From: Octopus vulgaris
Lineage: Eukaryota
DNA length: 64,000 bases
Assembly (NCBI GenBank): GCA_951406725.2
Contig: OX597815.1
Span: forward strand, 48,050,001-48,114,000
Direction: 5' to 3'
The notes under the pieces were generated by a model. It did no database searches. It saw nothing but the letters and a program-made list of their open reading frames with translations, and was not told the DNA's origin. Shown in pieces: positions 63,146 through 64,000 of the stretch (position 1 is its first letter; the number at the start of each line of letters is the position of its first letter). The position numbers were made by a program, and so were the translations under genes.

Positions 63146-63325
63146 AAGGTTTTCTGATGCAAATGACCTAACCATTTGCAGTGCTACTTCAGAGAATTGG
63201 CCTACTCCTTAGTCACCAACCACAGAAGTGAACATTTACTAGGATGGATGGTACTGATGCTGAAAGAAACTTTTGCTAGACATGGTGTTAGAGTATGTTA
63301 GGTGACATGTATGTTATGAAGGAAG

Positions 63326-63370
<45 letters not shown>

Positions 63371-63404
63371 ATAGATAGATAGATAGATATAGAAAGATAG
63401 ATAG

Positions 63405-63650
63405 GGACAAGAGTGGCTGTGTGGATAGGCATGTGGTTCCAGGTTCAGTCCCACTGCATGGCACCTTGGGCAAGTGTTGTTTATTATAACCTCAGGCCAA
63501 CAAAAAAGCCTTGTAAGTGGATTTGGTAGATGGAAACTGTCATATATATGTATATATTTAAGTGTGTGTATTTGTGTCTTTCCCCCCTCCTTCCCATTGC
63601 TTGACAACCGATGTTGGTGTGTTTACATCCCCGTAACTTAGCGGTTTGGC
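63405..63650 (+). mobile_element. SINE family A truncated by a satellite-like block
   Basis: Family A stops abruptly after gtaacttagcggtttggc. Confidence 0.8.
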
Positions 63651-63659
63651 TTACAAAAA

Positions 63660-64000
63660 ATACTTTGTGATGTTTTGAAAATTTTTGCCATACTTTGTGA
63701 TTTTGGCAATGCTGGCTATCCATACTTTGTGATTTTGTCACCACTGGCCTTCCATACTTTGTGATTTTGGCACCACTAGCTTTCCATACTTTGTGATTTC
63801 GGCACCGCTGGCCTTCCATACTTTGTGATTTTCCTCCAAAATTTTTCGAAATTTTATCCAATAATTTTTCGAAAATTTTCACCGAAAACTTAACCCAAAA
63901 ATTTTTCGAAAATTTTCACCGAAAATTTTACACAAAAATTTTTCGAAAATTTTCCCGAAAATTTTTCGAAAATTTTCACCGAAAATTTTACACAGAAATT
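63660..64000. repeat. 32-bp minisatellite followed by a quasi-palindromic AAAAATTTTTCGAAAATTTT array
   Basis: ccatactttgtgatt at 63688, 63720, 63752, 63784 and 63816 (32-bp period); aaaatttttcgaaaattttc units from ~63838 to the window end. Confidence 0.9.

Noticed and set aside
63660-63835. CRISPR-like 32-bp periodic repeats
   Set aside because: Units are contiguous with related, not unique, spacers; eukaryotic context and no cas genes.
63484-63882. 132-aa ORF with repeated KSQSM/NHKVW motifs
   Set aside because: Read-through of the 32-bp minisatellite and the adjacent SINE.

Overview
AT-rich, repeat-saturated eukaryotic DNA, most likely a large intron or intergenic stretch of an Octopus genome. 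The assignment rests on my recognition of the tRNA-derived SINE families and the (TA)n/(CA)n/(AAT)n/(GAT)n landscape, not on a database search. No intact protein-coding gene is visible, and most ORFs in the track are microsatellite or SINE artefacts. Supported content: dozens of SINE copies from about 6 modular families; one full-length but frameshifted Tc1/mariner with TIRs; Tc1-, piggyBac- and hAT-type MITEs; non-autonomous Helitrons; a solo LTR; RTE- and Tx1/L1-clade LINE relics; and a terminal satellite. The less obvious signals are: (i) at least six short Penelope-like remnants with minimal type I hammerhead-ribozyme folds, one duplicated in a 173-bp-arm foldback, and two hinting at a CCGANGA core variant; (ii) two unrelated ~300-bp-unit elements sharing an 'inverted copy + direct repeat + Pol III/tRNA-like core + direct repeat' layout with the same polarity; (iii) a 139-bp inverted duplication 7.3 kb apart that spans a splice-acceptor-like site; (iv) several frame-preserving micro-exon candidates that cannot be confirmed from sequence alone. 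SINE and LINE boundaries are approximate.
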